DNA of 64,000 nucleotides from Hyaloraphidium curvatum SAG 235-1 (taxonomy: Eukaryota; Fungi; Monoblepharomycota). A program made the position numbers and the translations under genes. Positions 47,426 through 59,270 of the stretch are shown here, piece after piece; position 1 is the stretch's first letter; every line of letters starts with the position of its first letter. The stretch spans positions 372,001 to 436,000 of the forward strand of contig JAIVFI010000029.1 of NCBI GenBank assembly GCA_025558095.1, written 5' to 3'. The notes under the pieces were generated by a model, which did not search any database, was not told the origin of the DNA, and worked only from the letters and a program-made list of their open reading frames with translations.

Positions 47426-48053
47426 GGACCGGAGAGCGCGGGCGGAGGAGGGATGGCGCGGAGGTAGCCGGCAGTGGCCCTCGGCCACGCACCGTGCGGA
47501 TCGAGGCGAATGATAGGGACGCGCGCGCGACCCCCGGTCCACCCCGTCCACTTTTCATTCCCCCTGTCGACTTCGACTCGAACTCTGCTAGCCGGCCAGA
47601 TAGCTGGCCGGCGTCGCGTTTTCGCCCACCCGGGTTCAGGATGAACCCCATCCCCACCCCCGTTCGAGCCGAAAGCTGGTGTTAGGGCACACCTCTAGTC
47701 TGGCCACCCCTCGCTTATCCCACACCTAATCGGCCAGATTATAGGTGATAATCTGGCTTCGTCAGTGTTGGGGATAAGCGAGGGAAGCCGAGACAATTGG
47801 TGCGTCCAAACCGCCCAGCCCACGTCTGCACGATCGTATAGGGTGGGAAAGGGCCCCACTGGGGACCTGGGCGGGCGAAACCGAATGGACCTGAGGGCAG
47901 GTCCGTACGTCACCAGTCGCCGTGTGGGGTGGCGAATTGGATGGTGACGTCGGGGAGCGGCGGATCACGCGCGCGGGCGTCTCTAATACGTCGCTTGGGA
48001 GGCGCCCCGTCGATCGGCTAGGCCTCCTGCCTAGCTATCCCCGCTCTGTCTAG
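47426..48053. ncRNA. Candidate structured non-coding element of unknown family
   Basis: About 12 inverted-repeat stems, including perfect 15-, 10-, 9-, 9- and 7-bp stems, in an intergenic gap with no credible ORF. Confidence 0.45.
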
Positions 48054-48389
48054 CGATCCGACCGCAGATGCTGCCGCGCTTATACGATAGAGGCCACACC
48101 TGTCGAGCGCATCCGAGGCGAACACCGGTCTCCATCCGTATAGCAGTTGTCTGCAGGCGGCGACTGTTTCCCAAATCACGGAGCGGCACTCGGGTCGGCG
48201 GAGTCCGGCCGCATTATTGCGTGATCGCCATGGCGTCGGAGTTGGGGCCGCCACCAGCCGCGGCGGGCAAAACACACGCTCGAAAACTGCCACGAGCTTT
48301 GGGGCCTTCGTGTGCGCAAGAGCCACATAGAAGGTCTGCAGAGGCACATGTGACGGACTGCCTGGCCCTTTGGTGGAGCTTGCGGCGCG

Positions 48390-50016
48390 ATGGCCGGGGA
48401 TTCGGCCCCAAACGGCCGTCGGCTCTCCGCCAACGACCTCCGCCGCGCTCTGACCTTCCTCGGCGCCGTGGTTTCATTGCTGGCCTCCGGCACGGGGTAC
48501 CTCGCCGGGATGTGGACGGTGCAGTACGCCTCCAGGGTGGGCTATACGCAGCTCCAGATGGCCTCGGTGAACGCGGCGGGTACCGTGGTCTCGTCGATTC
48601 TCGCGCTCCCACTCGGCCGACTGGGCGATGTGCTCGAGAGACCGCAGCCGCTGCTTTTCTTTGGAGGCACCGCCATTTTGTGCGGGTACCTGCTCCTCGG
48701 CGGGACTTATTTGGGGACGGTGGCACACGTAGGGCCGGCGACGTCCGCGCTGTACATTTCCCTTGGTGAGCCTTTCTTCCTCCAGCCGGCACGAGTCACC
48801 GTTCTGACATCGAGCGCTTTATCTTGCAGCCGCTACGGGCAAAGTGGCCACCGTGCACGCCGCACTCTTCACCAACGTGCGCAACTTCCGGGAACGCCTC
48901 CGTGGGCTGGCCACCGGCGTGCCCGTCAGCGCCGTGGGCCTGTCGGCCTTTGTTTTTGCCACCATCGCGCGGACTTTCTTCATGGTGCCCGTGAGCAAGG
49001 ACGGGGTGGCCCACGGGGCCGCGCCCGAGATGAAACTCGACGTGGGCGGGTTCCTTGTCGGGATCGGGGTCATCGCGGGGCTGGCCAACGCTTTTGGCGC
49101 GGCGACGGTGCATTGGGTCCCTTTGGACCCGGAGGATGAGAAAATCGGGGACGAGGAGCAGCGACCGCTGCTGCGGGGCGCCGATCGCCCCGAATACACC
49201 TCCGCAGACCTTGCGGCTGCGCGGTCGACGATCGAGGACGACACGTCGCCCCCACCGGCGCGCCGCATCATCACCTCCTTATCGTCTTGGGACACCTGGC
49301 TCTGGCTGTACGCCAAGCTGGCCCTCTCGGGCTCGGGCAGCATGTTCATAGCCAACGTCGGCTCCGTCGCCCTCGCGCTGTTCCCAGACGGGACGCTGCC
49401 GGAGAATCCCGATCTGCAGGCGGTGCAGGCGAAAGCCGTGGCTGCCATTTCCCTGGGCAGCTGCGCGGGGAGGGTCGTGGCCGGGATGCTGTACGACGGG
49501 CTGTTTGGCGCGGTCGGGGGCAGGAGGACGACGCTGTTCCTCTTCCTGGCTTGTTGGATGGCGGTGCTGCAGGCATGGTTCCTGGGCAGCCTGGGGTCGT
49601 GGACGCCGGGCTCGCTGGTCGTTTTCGCGGGGCTGATGGGGACGGCTTACGGCGGGATCCAGAGTGAGTGGGCGCGCTCGCGATCGGGGGCAAATCTATC
49701 TTAGCTGTTCCGCGGCGCAGTGAGCGGCCCCGTCGTTAACTCCGAGCTCTTTGGCACCTCGTACCAGGCCGAGAACTACGGGTCTGTGGTGTTCGTCGAG
49801 GCGATCGGCAACTTTGCGTTCAACAGCCTTTTCGGGCGCGTGTGGGACGCCGCGAGGCGGGGCCTGCCGGACGGCTCGCCGCTGATCGTCTGCCGCGGAG
49901 AGGGCTGCCTGAAGAGGACTTTTGCCGTCACGGTGGCGATGACTGCGGCTGCAGCGGCCAGTGTTGCCGCGCTGAGGTGGAGGATGGTGGCGGCGGACAG
50001 GCGGGGAGTGACTTGA
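48390..50016 (+). CDS. MFS transporter (Nodulin-like/Mch1-like)
   Basis: ~12 TM; LASGTGY, PLGRLGD, TNVRNF..RGLATGVPVSAVGLSAFVF, GRVVAG..YD, ELFG. Confidence 0.85.
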
Positions 50017-50142
50017 CTTCTCCGTCCTTGGCAACATAGCTCTGACCACGTAGATGCATTCCATGTCCAATAGTAACACCCTTTGCGACAGGCAGTTCTT
50101 CCCAGTTCCGAGCAATCCCAAGCTTAGCAGTCCATGCAAGCC

Positions 50143-52194
50143 TTACTTTCCGGCCACCTTTTCCGGCACCTTGGCGCCCTCCTCGGCGGCGGCCGCCTCG
50201 GCCTGCGCCTTGCGCGTGCGCTTGGTGCGCCAGACCAGCAGCCCGGCGATCCCGGCCGCGAGCACGACCGCGCTGCATCGCCCAATCCAAGGTTAGCAAT
50301 GACATCCATGCAACAGCGGCGAACAACCCACCCGATGATGGCCCCCACGATGGCGCCCACGGGCACCGACGACGACACCTGGACCTGCGCCGGAACGGCG
50401 GTCGGCGCGCTGGCGGAGGTCTGCGCCGGCACCGCGGTCCGCGTCGACGTCGGCGCCGGACCCGCCGGCTCCGGATCGTCCGCCGGCGTCCCCGTGTCCA
50501 CCTCGAACTTTGCGCGCACCTCCCTCGTCGCGCCCGGGCGCACCTCGGCGCGGAGGCGGAGCGGCTGCCTCCGGTACAGCATGCCGTCGTCGGGGAGCTC
50601 CGCCGCGACGTCCACGTAGCGGTGGAGCAGCCGTCGCCGCGCGCCGCCCGTGGCGCCGTTGGCGTCGTACGTGAGCCGGGTGCGGACGTACAGGGTGAAG
50701 GCGTTCCCGCCCGTGCCGATGTCGCCGGTCTGCAGCAGCCCGGCGTTGGGCTGGTCCACCGCCGCCGAGTTGGCGTTGAAGGTGATGGTGCTCGTCGCCG
50801 TCGCCACGGGGGTTCCGAACGTCTGGCTGAACCCGCCCGAGGCCGCAAAGGAAATCGCCGTGCCGAAGGGCGTCAGCGTGCCCGCGGCCACGGCGCTGCG
50901 GTTGGCCCATGCGGGGTCCGCGGCGTGCTTCGTGCTGGCGATGAATGCGTTGGAGATGAGGATGCTGGCGAGGCGGAGCTGGGGCGAGTTGATGGCAAGG
51001 GGGATGGAGACGGTACCGCCGACACCGACGGGCCCGGTGGGGGACGTGAGGCCGGCGGTGACCCCGGTGATGGCGGTGTTGAGCGCGTCGTCGCACACGG
51101 GGAAGGTGCCGACGTTGACGTCGAAGGCGTCCGAGGAGGCAGTGCAGCCTTCACCGCACTGGGTGTTGAATGCGATGCGGTACACGCCGGCGACGGAGCA
51201 AGTAGCCTCCTGCACAGTGAATGCAAACGTGCCGCGCTGGGTGCACGACTGACCGACCGGGACGCCGGTGGTGTCGCAGCCCTGCGGCGTGGCGACGATG
51301 GCCGGGTTGCCCTGCAGCGTGACCCCCGCGACTGCCGTGGTGGCGTTCGCAAACGTGTAGATATACGGATTGGGATTGGTCATCTGGTAGTCGAACGTCA
51401 GAGACTTGACGCCAGCCGTGTTGGAGTAGGTGAGCTGGTTGACGAAGAAGGTGCCGCGGCCCGAGTCGGCGCCGACGTCAAAGCCCGCCGAGGCGTTGAT
51501 GGAAGTCGGGAAGGAGATGACGACGGGGCGGGTGATGGTCTGGTTGCGGGTGGCCGCGGGCGAGGCAACCTGGTCGGTGTAGGTGATTGCGAGCGACGAC
51601 GTAAAGGGCGTGACGCCGTCGGCCTCGGTGCCGTTCGTCCAGCCGCAGGCCGAGGCCGAGCCCCAAGGCGCCGTCATGGTGAGCGACGCGGTGCACGTGC
51701 TCGAGGTGCCAGTGAAAGTGCCGACGGACGGGCCGACCACGCACGCGGCGTTGGCGCCGTTGCCGAGCACCAGCATCATCGAACTGGCGCGACATCGAGG
51801 GTAATCGGGATGGCGGGGAATTGGGCAGGGGCGGGGGTGCCGGGGAGAGGAAAAAACGTGACAGGGAGGTCGGAGAGGGATCGGGGCGGGGCGGGCATCG
51901 CCAGTTAGCCGGGCAGGGGGATGCAGGCGGTGCCAGTTACCGGAACACAGTCGTCGAGCCGTCCCAGTAGGTGAGCGTCTGCACGGTGAAGACGACGCTC
52001 TCGCTCGCGGCGTCGTAGCGCGAGTCCGTCAGCGTGGGCGCCGGCGCCGCGGAGAGGTCGGTCCCCGAGGAGATTGGGCGGGCGACGCACGAGGCATCGG
52101 GCAGCTGCGCGGCGCCCCGCGCCACCAACGCCGCCGCCGCGCACGCAAAGAGCACCGCCGCGCGGAAGCCGAACACGCTCCGCCGCCGCGGCAT
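50143..52194 (-). CDS. Type I membrane/cell-surface protein, Thr/Cys-rich ectodomain
   Basis: Signal peptide, beta-rich Cys-containing ectodomain, RRRLL motif, spliced TM (VGAIVGAIIG|..VVLAAGIAGLLVW) and a basic tail. Confidence 0.7.
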
Positions 52195-52850
52195 CGCGAT
52201 GTGGGCGGGGGAGGTGAGAAAGCGAGTGTCCGTTGAACCCGCGACGAGGCGCAGCCATAGTCAGCCCCGTTCGATGCCCCGACTCCCCTGTGGACCCGCC
52301 GAGACTAGTCGGCGATTCGGGTCGGCATGCCATCGACGTCTGTACTTGCGTCTTTCTTGTTAGCAGATCGGCATCACCTTCAGCTCCTTCGTATCTATCC
52401 GCGGCGAGGCCATGCTGATCGTCCCACACTTTGTCGCTCAGGACGGACAAGTGCCCGAATTGTAGTGTGATTCGTGAATCTCTATCTCCGACAAAGCTCT
52501 TTTCGTACCTTGCAGATCGGCTGTCCGCTCTTCGGGATCCCCAGGGCGGGGGACAAGGACTACCTTGAGAGGGCACCACGGCACATGAATCGATCGAGCC
52601 CGGATCGACCTTATCTCGATGAAGTAAGATGAGGCCCGGCTACCGAAGCCGTTTCTCTTTTAACGTCTCGTTTGCACGAGGAAGGGGGCGACGGGATCGC
52701 CACCGACCGCCACCGCTCCTCGCCGATCGCCGCGTCCGGGAGACGTTTCCCAAACACAATATACACGAAAGCGAAGCCCTGGCCCCCGAAATTTACCCTT
52801 CCATCTCGTAGCAGGAGACAACACAAACCGCGCTCGTGCTCGAAGCAACG

Positions 52851-53612
52851 ATGGCGGCCCAGAACCCCCGGAAAATCCAAGTCATGCTGGTCGTAGGAGG
52901 CCTCTATCATGATATGGACTTCTCCCGGCTCGAGATTCTGAAGCTGCTCGCCGAAGACCCGCACGTCCGCACTCGCGTCTTCGAAGACTACGCCAACACC
53001 GAGGCCCTGGCCAAGTCGGACGCCCTCATCACGTACACGTGCGACGTCGTGCCCACCGTGGAGCAGCAGGAGGCCCTGCGCGCCTTTGTCGAACGCGGCG
53101 GGCGGTGGCTCGCGCTCCACGCCACCTCCGCGATCCTCGAGTTCCTGCCGAGCGGCCTCGTGGACACGCCCAAGAAGGCTCCGCACCTGATGGACACTCT
53201 CGGGGCCCGCTTCGTCGCACACCCTCCCATTGCGCCGTACCCCGTCCACATAGTCGACCCCGAGCACCCTCTCGTCAAGGGCCTCAAGGAGTTCGAGGCC
53301 AAGGACGAGCTGTACCTGCTCGAGCCCACGGGAAAGATCGAGGTGCTCCTCGACACGGAGTTCGAGGGCGACGCGACGGGGTACGCCGTGACCCCCTGGG
53401 CAAAGGCCAGGCACCCGGTGCTGTACCTCCACCCGCTCGGCAAGGGTGCCGTGTGCTACTTCACCTTGGGGCACTGCCGCGGGCACTTTGACATGCAGCC
53501 GATCATCGAGTACATGGACACGCTGGAGAAGGGGTCGTGGGCGCTGCCCGAGTTCTACGAGATCCTCAGGCGGGGGATCGCGTGGGCAAAGGACGCCGAA
53601 GTTTCCAAGTGA
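52851..53612 (+). CDS. ThuA-like (class I glutamine amidotransferase-like) protein, intronless
   Basis: GGLYHD, AFVERGGRWLALHA, GARFVAHPP, HPLVKG, DELY, GKGAVCYFTLGH. Confidence 0.85.
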   Translation: MAAQNPRKIQVMLVVGGLYHDMDFSRLEILKLLAEDPHVRTRVFEDYANTEALAKSDALITYTCDVVPTVEQQEALRAFVERGGRWLALHATSAILEFLPSGLVDTPKKAPHLMDTLGARFVAHPPIAPYPVHIVDPEHPLVKGLKEFEAKDELYLLEPTGKIEVLLDTEFEGDATGYAVTPWAKARHPVLYLHPLGKGAVCYFTLGHCRGHFDMQPIIEYMDTLEKGSWALPEFYEILRRGIAWAKDAEVSK

Positions 53613-53790
53613 GGACAATCTTTCGCGGCCGAAGGCCGGGAGCTGCAGAAAGTGGAACGGACGTACAGGATCAATATCGACACAGCTGTGGGGCGCATAT
53701 TTACAGTGTCGGCCATCGCTTTGCAGTCCAGGCGTCTGCGGCTGGCCGCGGGGATCCTCGGGTCCGATTCCGAAGGCATCGATCGGCGGA

Positions 53791-54660
53791 TCAGGCAGCC
53801 ACCACCGGGTTGGCTTCCTCGGCCACCGCCACCTCCACCTTCTTGCCCTCCTCCACGGCCTTGGCATCCGCCTCTTTCGTCGCTTTAGCCTCGTCCACGG
53901 CCCGCACCGCCGGCCATCCGCCTTCCTCCTGCTGCAGGATCCACCACTGCAGCCAGACGAAGCTCGCCGCCCAGAACACCTCCCACAGGTTGCCGAACCA
54001 GAACCCGTAGGCATCGGATGCCGGCACAGCGGCAAAGAGGGGGAGCAAGAGACACTGGGCGACCAGGAAGGGGAGGAAGCGGGCGCGCTTCCACAGGCAG
54101 GCGCCCAGGAAGATGTACAGCAGGCTCCCGATGAAGATGAACACGATACCGGCGTCGAACGGTGCGCCGGGCCCTGCCTCGGCGGTGACGCCGCCGTCGG
54201 GGGTGGCGGCTAGCTCCAGGTTCCGGCAGATTCGCACGGAAGCTAACCACACGCCGAACACCGAGAGGCCGCCGCAGGCCGCGACCACCGCCGGGCGGAG
54301 GGACCGCGCGATCCATATCCGCTTCGGCCCGCCGGCCACGCGGAGGGAAGCGTCGAGTGCGACCGCGATGTGCAGCGGCGCGACAAGCTCGTGAAAAACA
54401 TACGTCGCGCAGCCAAGCCCGTAGAGGGTGCCGGGGTCCGAGTAGAAGAAGGACGAGAGGGCGACCTTCAGGTTGTCGTAAACGAGGCCCACTTGGATGA
54501 GGGCAAGGAAGTAGAGGTCCAGGGGAAGGCGGGGACCGGAGCCGTCGCCGCAGCGCCGCAGCGAAGGCAGGTGCCGCCGGGCGATGAGGTACCCGTAGAG
54601 TCCGAGGAGAAGGATCTGCGCGGCGCCGTAGGTGTAGTAAACAGCGTAGCTAGCAAGCAT
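53791..54660 (-). CDS. Multi-pass (~7 TM) membrane protein
   Basis: Intronless 289-aa ORF with regularly spaced hydrophobic segments; LVYDN and HE motifs. Confidence 0.65.
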   Translation of the reverse strand: MLASYAVYYTYGAAQILLLGLYGYLIARRHLPSLRRCGDGSGPRLPLDLYFLALIQVGLVYDNLKVALSSFFYSDPGTLYGLGCATYVFHELVAPLHIAVALDASLRVAGGPKRIWIARSLRPAVVAACGGLSVFGVWLASVRICRNLELAATPDGGVTAEAGPGAPFDAGIVFIFIGSLLYIFLGACLWKRARFLPFLVAQCLLLPLFAAVPASDAYGFWFGNLWEVFWAASFVWLQWWILQQEEGGWPAVRAVDEAKATKEADAKAVEEGKKVEVAVAEEANPVVAA

Positions 54661-55133
54661 GGTTGCGATTCGAGGTGTTGTTGCCGGTGTGAATCATTAT
54701 TGATGGCGCAGCGGTGTTTGGCTCCGGGCACCGCCACCAAGGGTCCAGGACGCTTTCGGCAAAATCTCGCGCCGTCCATCAATTGGGAGGCCATTGCGTT
54801 GCCCTGATGCTGTTTCTGGCGTATACATCGCACGATGGACGTCGATTCCAAATTCCATCAACGAGGATTGCCGGACTCGTTCTGCCCCGGCCCCACTTGC
54901 TCAGTCAGCATCAAGCTCAAGTGTCGAGAATGATTATTGCGCAGAGATCACTGCTTCTCATGCAAGTTGATTTGGCAAGTTGTCCGTGATCGGAGAAAGT
55001 GCACGATGAGGTGTGCGGGCCACGTCAGCCGGAGTGGCCGTCGCGCACCGTCACCGCTCCGCTCAGCAAGCAACACGGAGCATCTTCCACCTATCAACCG
55101 CACCGCACATTGCACCGCGCTCACCAGTTCATC

Positions 55134-56245
55134 ATGTCCTACAACGACTCCGGCGTGTACCGCAACCCCGTCCCGCCTTCCGGCTACGGCGCGCAGCCGG
55201 TCGTCTACGAGCAGGCGGGGGGAATGAACCTCCCCGGCATGCAGCAGGGCTGTGGGTGCCTCCGCTGCCATTCTCTGCGGCATATCTGAATGCTCTCGCT
55301 GTCTCCAGACGGAGGACGCCAGTCGAACTCGTTCTTCCACAAGATGGGCCTGAATGATTACTACGACACGCCCCCGCACAGCGGCCGCGAAGAAAGGGCG
55401 GACGACAGTCCCTCGAGCTCGGACGACGACGACGACGAGGACAACGGGATCTTTGACGGGGTGCTCGGAAAGAGTAGGTGTTTGGGGCGGGACGAATCAA
55501 GGTCGTTCTGACTGACGACTTCTCTTCCTACCGCCTGGTCCGCACAGTCTTCGGCGGCGGCGGCAACCAGCAACAGTACCAGCAGCAGCAGGACCAGGGC
55601 GGCATCTCGGGCGCCATCTCGGGCCTGATCGGCAAGGTCACCGGTCACGGCGGCTCCTCGCAGGGCGGCATGGGTATGGGCATGGGGCAGATCGACCCGG
55701 CCTGGGCGATGCAGCAGAGGCAGAGCATCTACGGCGGGGGAATCAGGAGTGGAGCGGTTCGTGGAGACAGATGTCAACGTGTTCCCGAGCTGATCTTCGG
55801 TCCCTCGCGAACAGGCCAACTTCGGGCTCGACGCGATCGCAGCCGCCGCTGGCGCCGAAGCCATGCGCATGTTCTCTTCGCGCGGAGGCGGACAAGGGCA
55901 AGACCCGGGCCTGGCGCAGAAGACGCTCGCCGGGCTGGCCGTGGCCGAGGCGGGGCGCATGGTGAAGCGCTACTTCGAAGGTTCGGAGGCGCGGACATCG
56001 GCGATCTCTGAATGCGATCTCTGATGCTCGTCGATTTCGAGCAGATGCCCAACCAGCAAGGGATGTCCAAGCGCCAGATGAAGGAGCAGGCGGCGGCAAT
56101 GGCCGCGCAGACCTCGCTCGGCATGTTCCAGCGGGGCAGCATGGGCGGCATGGGAGGCGGGATGCCGATGCAGTGGTACGGCGGCGGCCAGGGCTACGGC
56201 GGCAGCATGGGCGTGCAGCAGCAGGGGTACGGGAGGGGCTACTAG
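55134..56245 (+). CDS. Gly/Gln-rich fungal protein (beta-flanking-protein-like), multi-exon
   Basis: AAAAGAEAMRMF, LAGLAVAEAGRM|FEQ, KEQAAAMAAQ; several GT-AG introns. Confidence 0.5.
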
Positions 56246-56464
56246 AACACACCGGGCATTCTTGTCAGCTAGATCCTTCTTTTCTTTTCATTTCAACTAC
56301 AATGCGTCCCACTCGGTTACTCCTGAAGCGAAGCGGATTCGGTCCGAAGCGGATAGTTGAAACGAGCCAATCATCGCGACCAGCGTCCCAACTCCCTTGC
56401 CGAATCTTTCGCCGTGCGTTCGCGGCCTGACGTGAAACGCCTTGAGTGCCGACTTTTTGGCATT

Positions 56465-57770
56465 ATGGTCAGGCGCAACCCGCGGCGCGGCGCGTCGGCG
56501 GCCGCCCAGAAGCGTAAACTTGACGCGGAGCCGCGCGACGAGACCGCCCTTCCCGCCGAAGTGCTCCTGCACGTGATGAAGACGCTGCTCGCCAGCAACA
56601 AACAGTGCACGCTGCTCTACATGTTGCTGGCATCCAAATCCTGCCTGGCCTTGGGAGTCCCGGTTCTGTACCGCGACATCGACTTTCTACCCGCGCCGCC
56701 GTACATCCACGGAAAGCAGCTCACCGAACACCTCTCGGCGAAGGCTTTGCACGCCGCTGCATCTGACGCGCTCAGCACGGACAAGTGGTCGCGCACGCGG
56801 TCGCTGGCCATCCCCTGCTACCTCCCTGGAGACACGCGGACGCAGGCCGTGGCTGCAATCCTGCGCTCATGCTCGGCGCTCGAAAAGCTCACGGTGGAAA
56901 TCGAAGGTCCTGTGGCGGCCGAGATCCGCGACGCGATCTCGGGGCTCGCCTCCGTGAGGGCGTTCAAGCTTTGGCTCCAGCAGGACCCTGACTATACGTC
57001 GCGCCGGTTCTTTGCCGAAGGGCCGGTGCTGCCTCCCAACGCTGAGTACCTTTTCCTCGGACAGGCCTACTCCCAGGAAAGGGACTACGACATGTTGGAA
57101 CCCGCCAATTTGTCGGACAGCGAAGCCGACACCATCCTCCACGCGATCGGCACGGCCGAAAAGCTGAAGGGCTGGAGCCTCGATGCCACGGGCATCATGT
57201 ACGGCATTGCCGAACGGCTGGCAGACCACCGCCGCGCCGCGGCGAAGCTCGTCGGCGTGCTCGGGATCGTCGACCCCGAGGTCTTTGATCCTGCGTTCGA
57301 GCTGCCGGAGTTTCAGCCCGCATACCTGAGCTACTCGGCGAGCACCCTGCCGTACGGGGATGCCGATGAAATGGACCCGCCCCTCGGACGGATCTCCAAG
57401 CTGGAGAAGCTCGAGATGCTCCTCGTCGAAAACCTGCGTAGCGCGAAGCTGATCTCTTTTGAGCCCCCGAAAGGAATGCGAGCTCTCGGTCTGCCGCTCT
57501 TCGAGTACAGTGTTGGGGAAGAAGATCTGGGAAAGCTCAAGAAGCTCCTTTCCGATTGGTCGCGCCAGGGTCTGCGGGTCATAATGTGGGAGAACAGGTC
57601 CCCGGAAGGCCAAGAAGCGCTGGAGGCTGCCGTATGGGAAGAAGCGGAATGCGTCACGAGATATTCTTGCAGCGACGACGACCGATTGTTTCGAGGACAT
57701 CTGGCGCATCGTCCCCGAGTGGAGCCGGTTCATTTGAAAGCTAGCAACAGCAAGGATGTACAATGCAGAG
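56465..57770 (+). CDS. F-box-like/LRR-like protein; true 3' end uncertain
   Basis: LPAEVLLHVM...LLASKSCLALGVPVLYRDI, then Leu-rich segments; the ORF continues antisense into the next gene. Confidence 0.6.
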
Positions 57771-57835
57771 TAATTGGCTCATTGCCAGGAAGACGAAAGA
57801 GGGAAAGTCAAGGTCCGTCCGAGCTCTGTGCGCAC

Positions 57836-59002
57836 CTAAGCCACCGCGAGCATCGAAACGGCGTCCCGGAAGCCCCCGATCCCGCCCATCAAGTCCATCA
57901 CCCTCTCTGTGCCCCAGATCGGGTCCTCGAACCCCCGCACGTTCATCCCCAGCGTGCACGCGACAACTTCCCTCCCTCCCTCGCACGCGAGCACCACCGG
58001 CGCGAACCCCTCCACCCCGAACATGTGCAGCGCGTCCACGTGCACCGCCTCGGGGTCCACCAGCGCGTCGGGCCTCGTCCAGGTGCCGTCCGGCCCGCGC
58101 ACGGGGTGGTCCGGCGTGAGCAGGGCCGCGCCCAGGTCGCACATGCCCATCCTGCGGCCGACCAGCTGCGTCCACGTGGCGGTGACCGCCGCCGCCCGGC
58201 GGGTTCCGGTGGCCTCGCAGCGCACGAGGACCAGGTCGCCGGCGCGGATGTCGCGGGCGGAGACGGTGGTGCGGCCGTCGGGCAGGAGGATGGGGGCGGA
58301 GCCGTCGAGGCAGATGGGGCCGCTCTCCGCGAATCCGCTGCTGAAAGCGATCTCGAACACGGCCAGGCGGTCGTTGCAGGTCCGGATGTAGTCGGCCATG
58401 ATGTCCAGCGCGTTCCGGTTCGGGGCGGCCGGGTACGGGCGGAAGCTCTTCTCCTTGGGGCTGAGCCCCCAGGCCGCCGCCTTGGTGGCCTCGAGCACGT
58501 CGCCCGCGGCTTTGCAGATGGAGGTGATGTGGTAGTCCGCCGGCGTGCATCGGAACTTCTTCCCTTCGAAGGCCAGGCTGGCCTTTTCCGAGGACCACGG
58601 GAAACGGGTAAAGAACGTCAATGACGACAGGATAGAGAACTCGACGGGGATCAGTGGCGCCTCGAGTTTGGGCAGGTGGTCCGCCAGCGGCCGGAGGTGC
58701 TCGGCAGTGCCCTGGTACCACCGTTGCCGCAGGCCCGGCGGGTCCCGAAAGCCGTCCGGGGGGAAAAGTACCAAGCGGTACTGGCGGCCGACGGCCCGCT
58801 GGAACACCCCGGTGACCTTTGCCGGGTAAAACGCGTCGTCGATGCGTGCCGCGACGCGGTCATCAACCTTGAAATCGGCCTCGTCCGCCGGGGGCGGCGG
58901 CGGCGGGGCAGCCTCGCGCGCCTTCTTCCCGCCCCGCCCGCCCTTCTTCCAGCCGCGCCGGGCAGGTCCGCCCGCGCTCGGCCTCGAGTCTTTCCCGGGC
59001 AT
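57836..59002 (-). CDS. Tudor-like N-terminal domain + Vint (Hint-family) domain protein
   Basis: FKVDDRVAARIDDAFYPAKVTGV; CLDGSAPILLPDG..IRAGDLV..LLTPDHPV..W.RP..CTLG..WGT. Confidence 0.75.
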   Translation of the reverse strand: MPGKDSRPSAGGPARRGWKKGGRGGKKAREAAPPPPPPADEADFKVDDRVAARIDDAFYPAKVTGVFQRAVGRQYRLVLFPPDGFRDPPGLRQRWYQGTAEHLRPLADHLPKLEAPLIPVEFSILSSLTFFTRFPWSSEKASLAFEGKKFRCTPADYHITSICKAAGDVLEATKAAAWGLSPKEKSFRPYPAAPNRNALDIMADYIRTCNDRLAVFEIAFSSGFAESGPICLDGSAPILLPDGRTTVSARDIRAGDLVLVRCEATGTRRAAAVTATWTQLVGRRMGMCDLGAALLTPDHPVRGPDGTWTRPDALVDPEAVHVDALHMFGVEGFAPVVLACEGGREVVACTLGMNVRGFEDPIWGTERVMDLMGGIGGFRDAVSMLAVA

Positions 59003-59270
59003 GACTCTTTCGGCTTTCACGAGGCTGCGAGTGCCGCGCGAGTCTTCAACGCCCCGCGTGCGTGTGGCAAAGTCGTTCCGGCCGGCGCGCTCCGAATCCA
59101 ATATAATCAAGCTGGCGGATCTTCAAGCCGACGCGCGATGAATCGTGTCATTCGCAATCTCAGCCTGTCCAGGACGATGGAAGGAGCAGGCGATCGGGGA
59201 GGGCGACGCGCTCGGGCCCTGACGGAACTCCGCCGCGCGGGCCCGAGCACCGCGTCCGAACAGCAACTCC

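Noticed and set aside
47700-47790. Canonical hammerhead or pistol ribozyme
   Set aside because: CUGACGA and stem II are present on the minus strand, but GAAA, stem III and the NUH site are missing; the pistol pseudoknot partner is absent
47426-48053. RNase P, RNase MRP, SRP, U1/U2/U3 or a firm telomerase RNA call
   Set aside because: Diagnostic conserved boxes were not found; the only template-like string (CCCUAAC) is 7 nt and lies in a hairpin loop
57770-58624. Genuine 755-aa protein overlapping the Vint gene
   Set aside because: The extension is the GC-rich antisense shadow of the minus-strand gene
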